DNA of 64,000 nucleotides, taken from a virus. The translations under genes were made by a program, and so were the position numbers. This document shows positions 17,774 through 26,658 of this stretch, one piece after another. Position 1 is the stretch's first letter. Every line of letters starts with the position of its first letter. Below the pieces are notes generated by a model. The model did not search any database and was not told where the DNA came from. It saw only the letters and a list, made by a program, of their open reading frames with translations. Location of the stretch: the UHGV virus genome UHGV-0311442. One strand, given 5' to 3'.

Positions 17774-18250
17774 TTATTTCTTCTTAGCGCGTGATGGCTT
17801 AGCTGGCGGTGTTTCAACAGTCGGTTTACGCGCAACGCGCACTGTAAAACCACCGACCCAGGTTAGGCACTCAGGACGGAAGAAAATGCCGTGCTCGATT
17901 GCACTGCCGCCCAGCGGTAACTCACCAACCTGCTCTACCCATACGTCGTCTTCAGTAAGGGTTAAGCCATACTGTTCGTTAATTACAGGCAACAGGTCCG
18001 CAGTCGTGGTGGCTGTTTCAACTAACAGTTTCGGCAATACGTTGAGGAAATACAAACCGGCATCGATGCGGTTATACTGGAACGTTTGCTTATTAGCATA
18101 ACCGAGATTCTTAACCGCCACAACCGTAATTTCGGTATTGTACGCACCGGTACTTACGACGGGCTCACCCAATGTAACTTTGGCGGTGTCGAACTCAGCG
18201 TCTGGGTTAGCCTTTTTAATAAGGTCGAAGATAGTTTCTTGACTGGTCAT
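17774..18250 (-). CDS. Paralog family A protein (158 aa)
   Basis: Shares the FQYNRID and ADLLPVINEQYGLTLTEDDV motifs with the other family members. Confidence 0.65.
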   Translation of the reverse strand: MTSQETIFDLIKKANPDAEFDTAKVTLGEPVVSTGAYNTEITVVAVKNLGYANKQTFQYNRIDAGLYFLNVLPKLLVETATTTADLLPVINEQYGLTLTEDDVWVEQVGELPLGGSAIEHGIFFRPECLTWVGGFTVRVARKPTVETPPAKPSRAKKK

Positions 18251-18263
18251 TACTGTAATCCTC

Positions 18264-19112
18264 TTAATCTAAGAATCCCGGTAAGACCGAATTAGTTTTA
18301 GCTAATTCAATCTTCGACTTCGGACGATCGGTACCGTTAAAGTGGATTAACAGATTACCGGTCAGGTTAGCACACAGTCCACTGAGTGCGAGTACCAGCA
18401 CACGTGTGTACTTTGTGTTTGCGCCTTCGTAACCTGCGGTAGGCCCATCGTAGATAACCTTAGCACCGTAGAGGTTATTAGCAGCGTTCTTAGGTACGCT
18501 TACCCATATCTCATCAACGACGTTAGTCAGTTTAGTGGCTAACTCAGCCAGGTCGACGGTGTCGTTAATGGTAATCGGATCAAGGTAATCTTTTTCTGCT
18601 GTGAAATCAATTGGATAAGAATAAACCGCAGCGTTACCTTTCTTAGTGGACGGATACTCTACCAGGTTTTCTAATTGAGTAACAGGTAACAGTTTAGCCA
18701 GATCAATAGGATCGCGTAGCGTAAGTGTTACTTCGCCACACCACTCGTAGGATTTCTCGTTAGCGGTAAGCTGATGGGTTTCACCTTCAACTTTCGCATC
18801 AACGATATCCGACGGCAGAATATTTAAATCGTATTTTGCATTGATTGCATTAAGCAAATCTGCAGCGGTTACAACACCGTCGTTACCAAACACCAACTCA
18901 CCTGTTAGGTATTCGGGCAAATTACGACGATGGTAAGTCACAGTTAAAGTAGTAGACTCATCGCCTTTGAGTTTAGAAGTCAGAACCACCTGGGTATCAA
19001 CCCCAGTACCAGTAGGTTCGCCGATATCAACATCACTGAAGGTCAATGGCGGAACAATATTGTTTTCAGTGTTGATGAGTTTTAGCAGTTTCTGTTTTGA
19101 CGTAAGAGACAT
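18264..19112 (-). CDS. Paralog family A protein (282 aa, extended C-terminus)
   Basis: TYHRRNL and AADLLNAINAKYDLNILPSDIV motifs. Confidence 0.65.
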   Translation of the reverse strand: MSLTSKQKLLKLINTENNIVPPLTFSDVDIGEPTGTGVDTQVVLTSKLKGDESTTLTVTYHRRNLPEYLTGELVFGNDGVVTAADLLNAINAKYDLNILPSDIVDAKVEGETHQLTANEKSYEWCGEVTLTLRDPIDLAKLLPVTQLENLVEYPSTKKGNAAVYSYPIDFTAEKDYLDPITINDTVDLAELATKLTNVVDEIWVSVPKNAANNLYGAKVIYDGPTAGYEGANTKYTRVLVLALSGLCANLTGNLLIHFNGTDRPKSKIELAKTNSVLPGFLD

Positions 19113-19244
19113 CGCGTTAACTCACAATAAGTAAAAAGGTTTAAGAGGTCGTTTTACATCCCTCAGCCAGCATAGGAATAGTCGAGTAGAGGGTAAGCAA
19201 AGTAGTGTCGAAATAACAAAAAAGAAAAGGGAAAGAAAATTAAT

Positions 19245-19272
19245 TCCGCTATAGACCGAAGCCTATAGCGGA
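19245..19272 (-). terminator. Rho-independent terminator
   Basis: Stem ccgctatag / ctatagcgg; T-run on minus strand after the stem. Confidence 0.55.
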
Positions 19273-19278
19273 GAGAGG

Positions 19279-19710
19279 TTAGCGAACGTTATGTGCTAAG
19301 TACATCAGAGAACGAGTGTCGGTGTCACGATAAGTTTGTGACATCTGGCTCAGTAACTTGTTGGCGGTAGGATCGCTATAAAGACGTTTTAACCATTCGT
19401 CAACCATTTCTGGTACAGTGTCGACCAGCAGTGGATAGTTAAGATTTTCCAGTGTGTATTCAACGAATTCGTGCATCAGATTCTGGTCACGATGCATGGT
19501 GTCACCTAACTCACCTGCGGGATACTCTTCACGAGGACGTTTACCCCAGCTGCAAATCTCCATATAGGCCGTGTTTACAATCTCTTTGTATTCCTCTAAC
19601 TTAAGTAAATCGAAGCCAGCATTCGGGCGGCAGAAACCTACTAAAACGCTCAGAGCAATAGGGTTGTTACGAACGTAGTTACGGATTTCATCATTTAATA
19701 CGAAAAACAT
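19279..19710 (-). CDS. Hypothetical protein (paralog of 20914..21342)
   Basis: Similar N-terminus and length to 20914..21342. Confidence 0.65.
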   Translation of the reverse strand: MFFVLNDEIRNYVRNNPIALSVLVGFCRPNAGFDLLKLEEYKEIVNTAYMEICSWGKRPREEYPAGELGDTMHRDQNLMHEFVEYTLENLNYPLLVDTVPEMVDEWLKRLYSDPTANKLLSQMSQTYRDTDTRSLMYLAHNVR

Positions 19711-19779
19711 TTTAATACTCCTTTAGGTAAATACAATAATGGAGGGGTGGTTTACCACCCCTTGTACGATTTTAGTTAA

Positions 19780-20892
19780 TTAACGAAATTTTTGACAAGC
19801 AGGGCAATCGCAGCCTATGCCAGATGATATTTCTCTAAAGATCGCGTCGATCGAGTGCTCATTATTCTTAAGAAAACGAGCTCCCGCCAAGTCACGCAGA
19901 TGAGTTTTTAACTTTCCGATAATACCGGGTTCATAGTTGAGTAGAATGGTAAGTGTATTGTCTGTGTAAGTCCACTGACGGACTTTCTCAGGAAACCAAC
20001 GAGCGATATCACGCATAAACTTATCGGCATCTTCTTTCCCAATAGTAGTGATTGTCAGAAGACGTAGACGATTGTCAACAATCTCATTAATGAGGTTGCT
20101 AATTTCTTCGTCAAGAGCAGCGTCCCACCATTTCCATTTAATGATGAGTTTTTCGCCCTCGAGTTTAGTCTCTACTTTGGTAGGATAGAAAGCTGTCAAG
20201 GTATCATTAATCGCTTCGGCCTCTGGGCCAGTGTAAGTAAAGGAATACGGTTCTTCGAACCATTTAATAACGTCAGGATCATTATCAACAAGCACGGTTA
20301 GCGTGCCGTCGACATAATTAGACCCACGAATTTTCTCCTTGTATTCGTGAACAGCACTACGCATGAGTTCATCAGCGGTATCTTTTCCGATACCATGAAT
20401 CGAAATAAGTCGAACGGCATCGTTATCGATCAGCTCAGCGATAGAACTAATTTCTTCCATGAGATTACGATCGTCTTTCTTCAATCGAACGACGATCTTA
20501 TCGTTATCCGAATAAATGCCTAAATCGTCGGGATAGAGGGTCTCTAACGCTTCTTTAATTTCCTTAATCTTCTTACCTTCGTACCAGAGGACGTGTGGTT
20601 CGTCTTTCTGCTGTTCTTCTACTTTCGGTTGTTCAGTCTCGGTCGTTTCCACCCGAGTGTTCGTGGTACCTTCTGCTGGGTTGAGTAACTCACCGATTTC
20701 TTTCGCGATAGTGTCGCAAAGATAATCGTTGCAGTGAGTCCAGTAGAATACGATGCTTTCATCGTTGACCTGCTCTACACGGAAATGTACACCTTTATCC
20801 AGGAATATGCGATAAAGTTGATCAAGTAACTGTGCTTCAGGAACCGGACGGATTTCAGTTTTAACGAGCGGGGTAATTTCGATATTAAACAT
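19780..20892 (-). CDS. Hypothetical protein with internal tandem domain duplication
   Basis: Two ~110-aa repeats (..RLISIHGIGKDTADELMRSAVHEYKEKIR.. and ..RLLTITTIGKEDADKFMRDIARWFPEKVR..). Confidence 0.7.
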   Translation of the reverse strand: MFNIEITPLVKTEIRPVPEAQLLDQLYRIFLDKGVHFRVEQVNDESIVFYWTHCNDYLCDTIAKEIGELLNPAEGTTNTRVETTETEQPKVEEQQKDEPHVLWYEGKKIKEIKEALETLYPDDLGIYSDNDKIVVRLKKDDRNLMEEISSIAELIDNDAVRLISIHGIGKDTADELMRSAVHEYKEKIRGSNYVDGTLTVLVDNDPDVIKWFEEPYSFTYTGPEAEAINDTLTAFYPTKVETKLEGEKLIIKWKWWDAALDEEISNLINEIVDNRLRLLTITTIGKEDADKFMRDIARWFPEKVRQWTYTDNTLTILLNYEPGIIGKLKTHLRDLAGARFLKNNEHSIDAIFREISSGIGCDCPACQKFR

Positions 20893-20913
20893 GTCATTTT
20901 TCCTTTTGGTAAA

Positions 20914-21342
20914 TTAGCTGTAATTGTGCTTAAAGAACTCTAAAGCACGCTGGTCGTTTGTAATCGCCGTTGTGGACATTCGTTTTAACGCCTGGCGGCA
21001 GTAAGGGTCGTTCAGAATACGTTGCTGCCAAGCGTTGACTATTTCCGTCACTGTTTCCCCTTCTACAGCAGTGTTAAGTTTATCGAGGCAGTGCCGTCCT
21101 AACAGAAACGCAACTGCGTAATCGGTAAACATCTCGGTGCCGAAATCCCCGTCGGGATAATCGCAACGTTTACGTACCGACGTTGCGGTAATGGAGTTAT
21201 AAGCGGTTTTTATTATCTCGTGGAACTGTTCCACCGTTAAGATGTTAACGTCAGTACCTGAAAGCGTAAGCGATGCCAGTACAGGAATACTGGCTGGGTA
21301 CTGACGGATGTAATCACGCAAATCTGAATTGAGCGTTTTCAT
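20914..21342 (-). CDS. Hypothetical protein (paralog of 19279..19710)
   Basis: ORF. Confidence 0.65.
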   Translation of the reverse strand: MKTLNSDLRDYIRQYPASIPVLASLTLSGTDVNILTVEQFHEIIKTAYNSITATSVRKRCDYPDGDFGTEMFTDYAVAFLLGRHCLDKLNTAVEGETVTEIVNAWQQRILNDPYCRQALKRMSTTAITNDQRALEFFKHNYS

Positions 21343-22090
21343 TCATGAACCCTTTTGTTTTTATCCAATATAAGCAATTTGCACCAACCTGAACTGGCTC
21401 GATCCTATCAAGTTCTTCCATCAGAGCCAGATAAGTTTGCCAAACGGTTTGACGTTCGAAGAAAAATGATGTTGTGCCATTAGACCTAAGACATGCACGT
21501 ACTAAGTGCTCGGTTTGTGAAAACTGTATATTAACGTTGTTCAGGACACGTTGTATAGTATCAGAGTCGTAATGCGCGAAACGATCTTTGTGTACCAGAA
21601 CCATCTCTATAGGCGAGGAATCGTCATTGACTGAAAAAGGTTCGTCAATGCGAATAAGGTTATTCCGGTGAGGTACCCCATCGTAACCGAGCGTATAGAC
21701 ATCCATACCTTCCCCCGGGTTACAGTCGAAATACTCCAGAATTTTATCAGCGTTTTTCTCCGCCGAACGTTTAAAGTAAACAATATAAACGGTATGACTA
21801 ATCTTCTCAACTTCGTATACTTTTTCGGAGAACGATCTGAAAATTGCCATGACGTTTAATCTTCCTTTGTCTTTAGCAACGTAACTTGCAACTAAACACG
21901 TTGCTTCACCACGAAGAACATCGTCAATGAACTCTTTTGCTCGTTTTAATTCATCCTCGTTAAAACCACCGATAGTGAGCTCATTCCCATAAATCTGATA
22001 AGCAAGATGTGGAGTAACGTTTTTCAGGAAACTCGTAATGATGTGCGTGTATGCCCAAAGACTACTATTCTTAAACTCGATAGTTTTCAT
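21314..22090 (-). CDS. Hypothetical protein
   Basis: ORF in same-strand array. Confidence 0.6.
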   Translation of the reverse strand: MKTIEFKNSSLWAYTHIITSFLKNVTPHLAYQIYGNELTIGGFNEDELKRAKEFIDDVLRGEATCLVASYVAKDKGRLNVMAIFRSFSEKVYEVEKISHTVYIVYFKRSAEKNADKILEYFDCNPGEGMDVYTLGYDGVPHRNNLIRIDEPFSVNDDSSPIEMVLVHKDRFAHYDSDTIQRVLNNVNIQFSQTEHLVRACLRSNGTTSFFFERQTVWQTYLALMEELDRIEPVQVGANCLYWIKTKGFMNENAQFRFA

Positions 22091-22134
22091 TTTATTTTCC
22101 TTTTGGTTTTACAAGCTGAAACGTTAATTTACGC

Positions 22135-22629
22135 TTAGAGGTGTTTTCCGATAACTTCCGAAACTAATTCGTAAAGGTCATCGTCACTGCACACGTCTAC
22201 GCTAATTCCGATATCGATACTACGACTGCGGAACCCTACTTTGAGCGTTTTACCGAATTCGGTTTGTAGGGCTTTATAGAGTCTATTCTTATCTTCTTTA
22301 AAGAGAGGAACAGGTAGTCTAACAGTGAACTTGTAATGTTCTTTCGAAACAAGTTCGTTAGAATAATTAAAACGTTTAGCCACACGGGTTCCGACAATCT
22401 GTGTTATCAGCTTAAACATTTCTTCGTCACTATACGGAGTTGCGCCATAACCGATATCAATAGAATTTCTACGGAATCCTGCGCAGAATAATGCACCGAA
22501 TTGCTCACGGAATTCTTTGTATAGAACATCTTTTTCTACATCCCACAGCCCGTAACCCAAGTCAACAGTGAATTTGTATTTTTCTTTGTCAACTAATTCG
22601 TTAGTGTAATCAAGTCTAGTGAAGTTCAT
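22135..22629 (-). CDS. Hypothetical protein made of two tandem ~80-aa repeats
   Basis: Repeat NELVxKExYKFTVxL...FRxRSIDIG present twice; RBS ggag. Confidence 0.7.
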   Translation of the reverse strand: MNFTRLDYTNELVDKEKYKFTVDLGYGLWDVEKDVLYKEFREQFGALFCAGFRRNSIDIGYGATPYSDEEMFKLITQIVGTRVAKRFNYSNELVSKEHYKFTVRLPVPLFKEDKNRLYKALQTEFGKTLKVGFRSRSIDIGISVDVCSDDDLYELVSEVIGKHL

Positions 22630-22659
22630 GGTATATTCTCCTAAAATGGTTTTCGTTAA

Positions 22660-22713
22660 GTGAGAGCTTTTGTACTCTCACCTAAGTAATATATATCTGA
22701 AATTATTTTTATT
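22660..22713 (-). promoter_or_regulatory. Conserved promoter-like motif plus 5'-UTR hairpin (copy 1 of 4)
   Basis: Plus-strand gtgagag..ctctcac hairpin followed by CTAAGTAATATATATCTGAAATTATTTTT; near-identical motif at 26566-26623, 46526-46579 and 41221-41263. Confidence 0.45.
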
Positions 22714-22993
22714 AAAAACCCGCAATAAAACTGCCTAGCGAGACACGTTGCAAGTATTTTGGTTTGCGTGCCAGGTAACAGTTCTTAGGATTACCTATTG
22801 CCATCTGTGCAACTGCACGTTCTAAACGCGGCGCTTCTAAGATGGCACGATAGTTCCCTTCGTAGTGCATCAACCACGCACACTCTTCAACAAAACGTTT
22901 TGCTTCTCGGTATTCTAACGTACGAATTAACTTCTTGCCCCGGTATTGTTTTACATCACCGTTTTGACAAAATACAATAGTTTCACGCTTCAT
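22712..22993 (-). CDS. Hypothetical protein
   Basis: ORF. Confidence 0.55.
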   Translation of the reverse strand: MKRETIVFCQNGDVKQYRGKKLIRTLEYREAKRFVEECAWLMHYEGNYRAILEAPRLERAVAQMAIGNPKNCYLARKPKYLQRVSLGSFIAGF

Positions 22994-23330
22994 TGATAAT
23001 CTCCCAGTTCGCTCTTATAATCTCACGTTTACAGTCTTCAATATCTTTACGGTAAAACGTCGTTTTTTCTTTTAATAGCTTTAATATCTCCTCTTTAGGC
23101 AATTTCCCCTCACAACCCAATTCAGCAATAGCACAAACGAGAACAGTCAAATATTCTACTGAACCGGTTTTCGCACGATATTCAGAGATAAGTTCTTGTT
23201 GTGTTTCAACGGTTTCTTCTAATAACTTGATATATTCTTCGTGCTTTGCGCACGCTTTGCATTTTCCGAAACCTAGCAATTTAAAAACCACTATTACCTC
23301 CTTTGGCAATCCAGGTCGCCACACGCACAT
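22983..23330 (-). CDS. Hypothetical protein
   Basis: ORF. Confidence 0.55.
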   Translation of the reverse strand: MCVWRPGLPKEVIVVFKLLGFGKCKACAKHEEYIKLLEETVETQQELISEYRAKTGSVEYLTVLVCAIAELGCEGKLPKEEILKLLKEKTTFYRKDIEDCKREIIRANWEIINEA

Positions 23331-23592
23331 GAGCGTCTTGAAAAGACGATATGAGCAAGATCACACCGCCTAACGTACGAGGGACGCGTAAGGCTTCGTA
23401 ACGACGGCAGTAAGAACGTACGCAATACTCGGAACCTAAGATAACGATTTCGCAGTATTCTGAACGAATAGGTAGTAGTTGAGAAACGAGTTTATCGCAC
23501 GTTTCTTTATTGTCTTCTAACAACCCACCACGGAGAATATAGTTGACAATGTTCTCAGGTACCGATGTGTTTGTGATTTTACTTTCCATCAT
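23281..23592 (-). CDS. Hypothetical protein
   Basis: ORF. Confidence 0.5.
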   Translation of the reverse strand: MMESKITNTSVPENIVNYILRGGLLEDNKETCDKLVSQLLPIRSEYCEIVILGSEYCVRSYCRRYEALRVPRTLGGVILLISSFQDAHVRVATWIAKGGNSGF

Positions 23593-23978
23593 TAAACTCC
23601 TATAGTGATCTCCGTAATGTGCATTCTTCGCATCTCACGGGTCATTCTGTCTATTGCTCGTTGACACTCGAATAAATTGTCGTAGTATTTCTGGGCGGTA
23701 ACGTTGAATATAATCCGACCTTCTTTCAATTGTTTAGCAACGACTTTTGTAGTTTCCGATTCAAACAGCAAACCACCTTCCCTGCCGATCTTAACTAAAA
23801 CGTCACGAATGATAACGTTTATAAGCTCACCATTTGGGGAAACCACGATTTCCGTATACCAATCGCCCTCGCTAACGATACGTTGTACCCTTTCACCGCA
23901 TAGCCAGTTTTTAACTTTCCCGTTAACATACAGTTGGGCTTTCAGTAACAAACGTCTTTTAATGTAAGATAAACGCAT
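23592..23978 (-). CDS. Hypothetical protein (tandem paralog pair, member 1)
   Basis: Shares SGDWYTEI...GREGG...NGTAQ motifs with 23982..24356. Confidence 0.65.
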   Translation of the reverse strand: MRLSYIKRRLLLKAQLYVNGKVKNWLCGERVQRIVSEGDWYTEIVVSPNGELINVIIRDVLVKIGREGGLLFESETTKVVAKQLKEGRIIFNVTAQKYYDNLFECQRAIDRMTREMRRMHITEITIGV

Positions 23979-23981
23979 CTT

Positions 23982-24356
23982 TTAAACCTCCACCGTAGTT
24001 CGTTCAGTTTCTTTAATAAACTTACTAAGCGATTCATTTAAACGTTTTACTCTTTCACCAAACTTAACTACTGTATCGTAAAGGCATTGTGCTGTACCGT
24101 TAAATAAAATCGGACCGTTTTTTAACTCCAGGGCAGAAACTTGATAGTATTCAGAGTTGAAGATTGCTCCTCCCTCGCGTCCTATTCTAACAACTACGTT
24201 ACGAACTTGTATGTTTTGTAACCCACCGTTTGCTAACGTAATAATCTCTGTATACCAGTCACCCGATTTAACTACCGTTGTGACATTCTTGCCGCAAGCC
24301 CAGGTTTTAAACGAAGTGTCTAGCCAACATCTGAATTTGTATAACAGTAATGACAT
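23982..24356 (-). CDS. Hypothetical protein (tandem paralog pair, member 2)
   Basis: Paralog of 23592..23978. Confidence 0.65.
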   Translation of the reverse strand: MSLLLYKFRCWLDTSFKTWACGKNVTTVVKSGDWYTEIITLANGGLQNIQVRNVVVRIGREGGAIFNSEYYQVSALELKNGPILFNGTAQCLYDTVVKFGERVKRLNESLSKFIKETERTTVEV

Positions 24357-24398
24357 ATCGTTACTCCTCCCTCTCAGGATTTCCTGAGAGGGGTTATA

Positions 24399-24680
24399 TC
24401 ACAGTTTCTCTTCTATTGTATCTAATCGAACTAACGCATCGTGACTGACTTTCCGTGCGTGTCCGATTGTCCCACCGAGGGCTTTTGTTGTTGGGTCTAA
24501 GGTATTCAGACGGTGATACTGATAATCGATATCACGTATACAACGCGCCTGTTGTTTTACCATCCGAATTAATAGTCGTTTGGTTTGACGATTGTTACTA
24601 AGCTCCTGCCGTAATCGCGTGTTTTCTTTATAAAGCTCCTGTTGACGTGAGTTAATTAAACCCAACAACCAATCTAACAT
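24399..24680 (-). CDS. Hypothetical coiled-coil protein
   Basis: ORF. Confidence 0.55.
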   Translation of the reverse strand: MLDWLLGLINSRQQELYKENTRLRQELSNNRQTKRLLIRMVKQQARCIRDIDYQYHRLNTLDPTTKALGGTIGHARKVSHDALVRLDTIEEKL

Positions 24681-24682
24681 TT

Positions 24683-25198
24683 TTACCCCCGGTGCAAGAA
24701 AATACGGTTAGTGTTTTCGAATTTCGGTTCTGTCCACTCTAGTTCCCAGTAAGCCTGGTTAATATCGCGAGACGTGAGTTTCAAATTCGAAACACCGGGG
24801 ATATCGATCTGCTGCAGTAAATTAATAATCGTCACCAGCTCTTTACGAGGACGGTTCCAGATAACTTCAAGATACTCTTTCAGACGCTCCGGATAAGCGA
24901 CAGGTCGAATATAAACTAGTCCAGCGGGATACTCAATTGCTGAGGGTGTTCTAGGCACTAACCAAACCCAGTCTTTTAATAACGGTCCTGGGTGATAGTT
25001 AGAGAGTTGAGTAAGCGCGTTTGCGACCGAACAACAACGGAAGTAGGTGATATCCCAATCGTGTTCATGGCAATTTCGCGCAACGATAACTTTTAAACGG
25101 TCAATAGGTTTACCGTCGATGGTCGTAACACCAGGTTGATTCGCCAGAATCTGACGTTCACGTTTAGTGTAAAGATTCATGTTAATATTTACTGACAT
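24683..25198 (-). CDS. Hypothetical protein
   Basis: ORF. Confidence 0.6.
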   Translation of the reverse strand: MSVNINMNLYTKRERQILANQPGVTTIDGKPIDRLKVIVARNCHEHDWDITYFRCCSVANALTQLSNYHPGPLLKDWVWLVPRTPSAIEYPAGLVYIRPVAYPERLKEYLEVIWNRPRKELVTIINLLQQIDIPGVSNLKLTSRDINQAYWELEWTEPKFENTNRIFLHRG

Positions 25199-25244
25199 TT
25201 AATGCTCCTTTAGGTAAATGGTGGGGTAATTAAGCTACGGTTCC

Positions 25245-25688
25245 TTAAATCATGCCTGGGAATTCGAAATCGATTTTATCTAAAAGTTTGTAGTCGTCTT
25301 TTAGCTGAAGCATTAGCGTATTCTTAAACAGTTCAAGCGAACCGATAAAGTAAGCCGTATAGCAGCTACCACGAACAGAAGAGGAAAGACCCAAGTCTCT
25401 TAAACACTGTTTCAAGATTTCATGTTCTTCAGCGGTACCGAAAAGTTGGAAATTGATAACGGTAATCTGTTTATTAATGATTGCCGATAACCATTCTTTA
25501 ATTCTTCTCGTGGTTATTCTTTCTTTGAAATCACTAGCTTCTGGCAGCCAGGTAATGTGAACAAACGGTGCATCGTAATCCACGAGAACTTTCTGCTGCC
25601 AACGTACTTGCATCAAACCACGAATACGGTTTGCTAACGTTTCAGAATCACAAAGTAGCATAATGCCGTTGGTAGTATTTGGTTTCAT
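25245..25688 (-). CDS. Hypothetical protein
   Basis: ORF. Confidence 0.6.
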   Translation of the reverse strand: MKPNTTNGIMLLCDSETLANRIRGLMQVRWQQKVLVDYDAPFVHITWLPEASDFKERITTRRIKEWLSAIINKQITVINFQLFGTAEEHEILKQCLRDLGLSSSVRGSCYTAYFIGSLELFKNTLMLQLKDDYKLLDKIDFEFPGMI

Positions 25689-26536
25689 AATTGCCCTTCC
25701 TTCTTAATGTAATCTTCAACCAACTTATCAAACACGATTTTTATCTTCTCGCGTTCTTCTTCGCCCAATTCACCGGAACAGGTTAGTCCGTTTATCTTTC
25801 CGTACCGTAATTCCAACACATACTTCAACCGATGACGTAAGGCTTGTTCAAAATGCGTTGGAATATAAATTGGTTCGAAGTTGTGCAATAAAATAAAATC
25901 GTCTTCGGTGTGTTTAGGAGGTTCGAATTTTACTCTATCTAAGATAGTAAGCCAGCGTTGTCTGTCGACTAGCCGATCGTCCCAATAAACAGGTTTTGTC
26001 TTAGAGGGGGTAAGTGTATTGTAGTCACTGGAATCGGAGATACGGAAATTTGCTGTGACGTAAGTCTTCGAGAGTAACGAGAGAAGACAAATCGTGCCTT
26101 CTTTAGGGTAGCTTAAAAGCTCTCCGAGTACGTCTTTAGCTTTCTTGAAGTAGTCTCTAATATAGTCTTCAGCAATTGGTTGAATTTCTACTTCCATACA
26201 GCTAATTTGGGGCCCGTCTATCCGTAAAGGAATTTTTAGTTCAGCAATATACTGCCTATCAGATGTATAAGCTCGCGTAATAATAGGGTACGTAACAGGC
26301 TTGGCCAAATGACGATATTCATCATTTCTAATGACTGAGTAACGTCCAAACCCGCCTTTATTCGATTTTGAAAAAGCGTAAAGGTCTTTTAGATACTCTA
26401 GATACTGGTCATCGGTCATTTCGTCGGTATTAAATTCACGAATGTAAAGTCGTTCAACAAATCCCTTTGTTTGTTCGTAGTAATAACTGGGGTCCCTATT
26501 TGCTAGAATGTGCGGGAGATAATACGGGTGTGACAT
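25685..26536 (-). CDS. Hypothetical protein
   Basis: ORF with RBS aaaggagg; preceded by the conserved promoter-like motif. Confidence 0.65.
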   Translation of the reverse strand: MSHPYYLPHILANRDPSYYYEQTKGFVERLYIREFNTDEMTDDQYLEYLKDLYAFSKSNKGGFGRYSVIRNDEYRHLAKPVTYPIITRAYTSDRQYIAELKIPLRIDGPQISCMEVEIQPIAEDYIRDYFKKAKDVLGELLSYPKEGTICLLSLLSKTYVTANFRISDSSDYNTLTPSKTKPVYWDDRLVDRQRWLTILDRVKFEPPKHTEDDFILLHNFEPIYIPTHFEQALRHRLKYVLELRYGKINGLTCSGELGEEEREKIKIVFDKLVEDYIKKEGQL

Positions 26537-26565
26537 CTAATCCTCCTTTCGGCTATAACTAATGG

Positions 26566-26623
26566 AGTGAACGTAAATTTCACTCTCCCCTAGGTAATAT
26601 ATATCTGAGAAAAAATATAAAAA
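26566..26623 (-). promoter_or_regulatory. Conserved promoter-like motif plus 5'-UTR hairpin (copy 2)
   Basis: Hairpin gagtgaa..ttcactc then TAGGTAATATATATCTGAGAAAAAATATAAAAA. Confidence 0.45.
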
Positions 26624-26652
26624 CCGTAGGATGGACTTAGTCCATCCTACGG
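26624..26652 (-). terminator. Rho-independent terminator of the tailspike gene
   Basis: Perfect stem ccgtaggatggac / gtccatcctacgg; T-run follows on minus strand. Confidence 0.6.
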
Positions 26653-26658
26653 TTTAAA

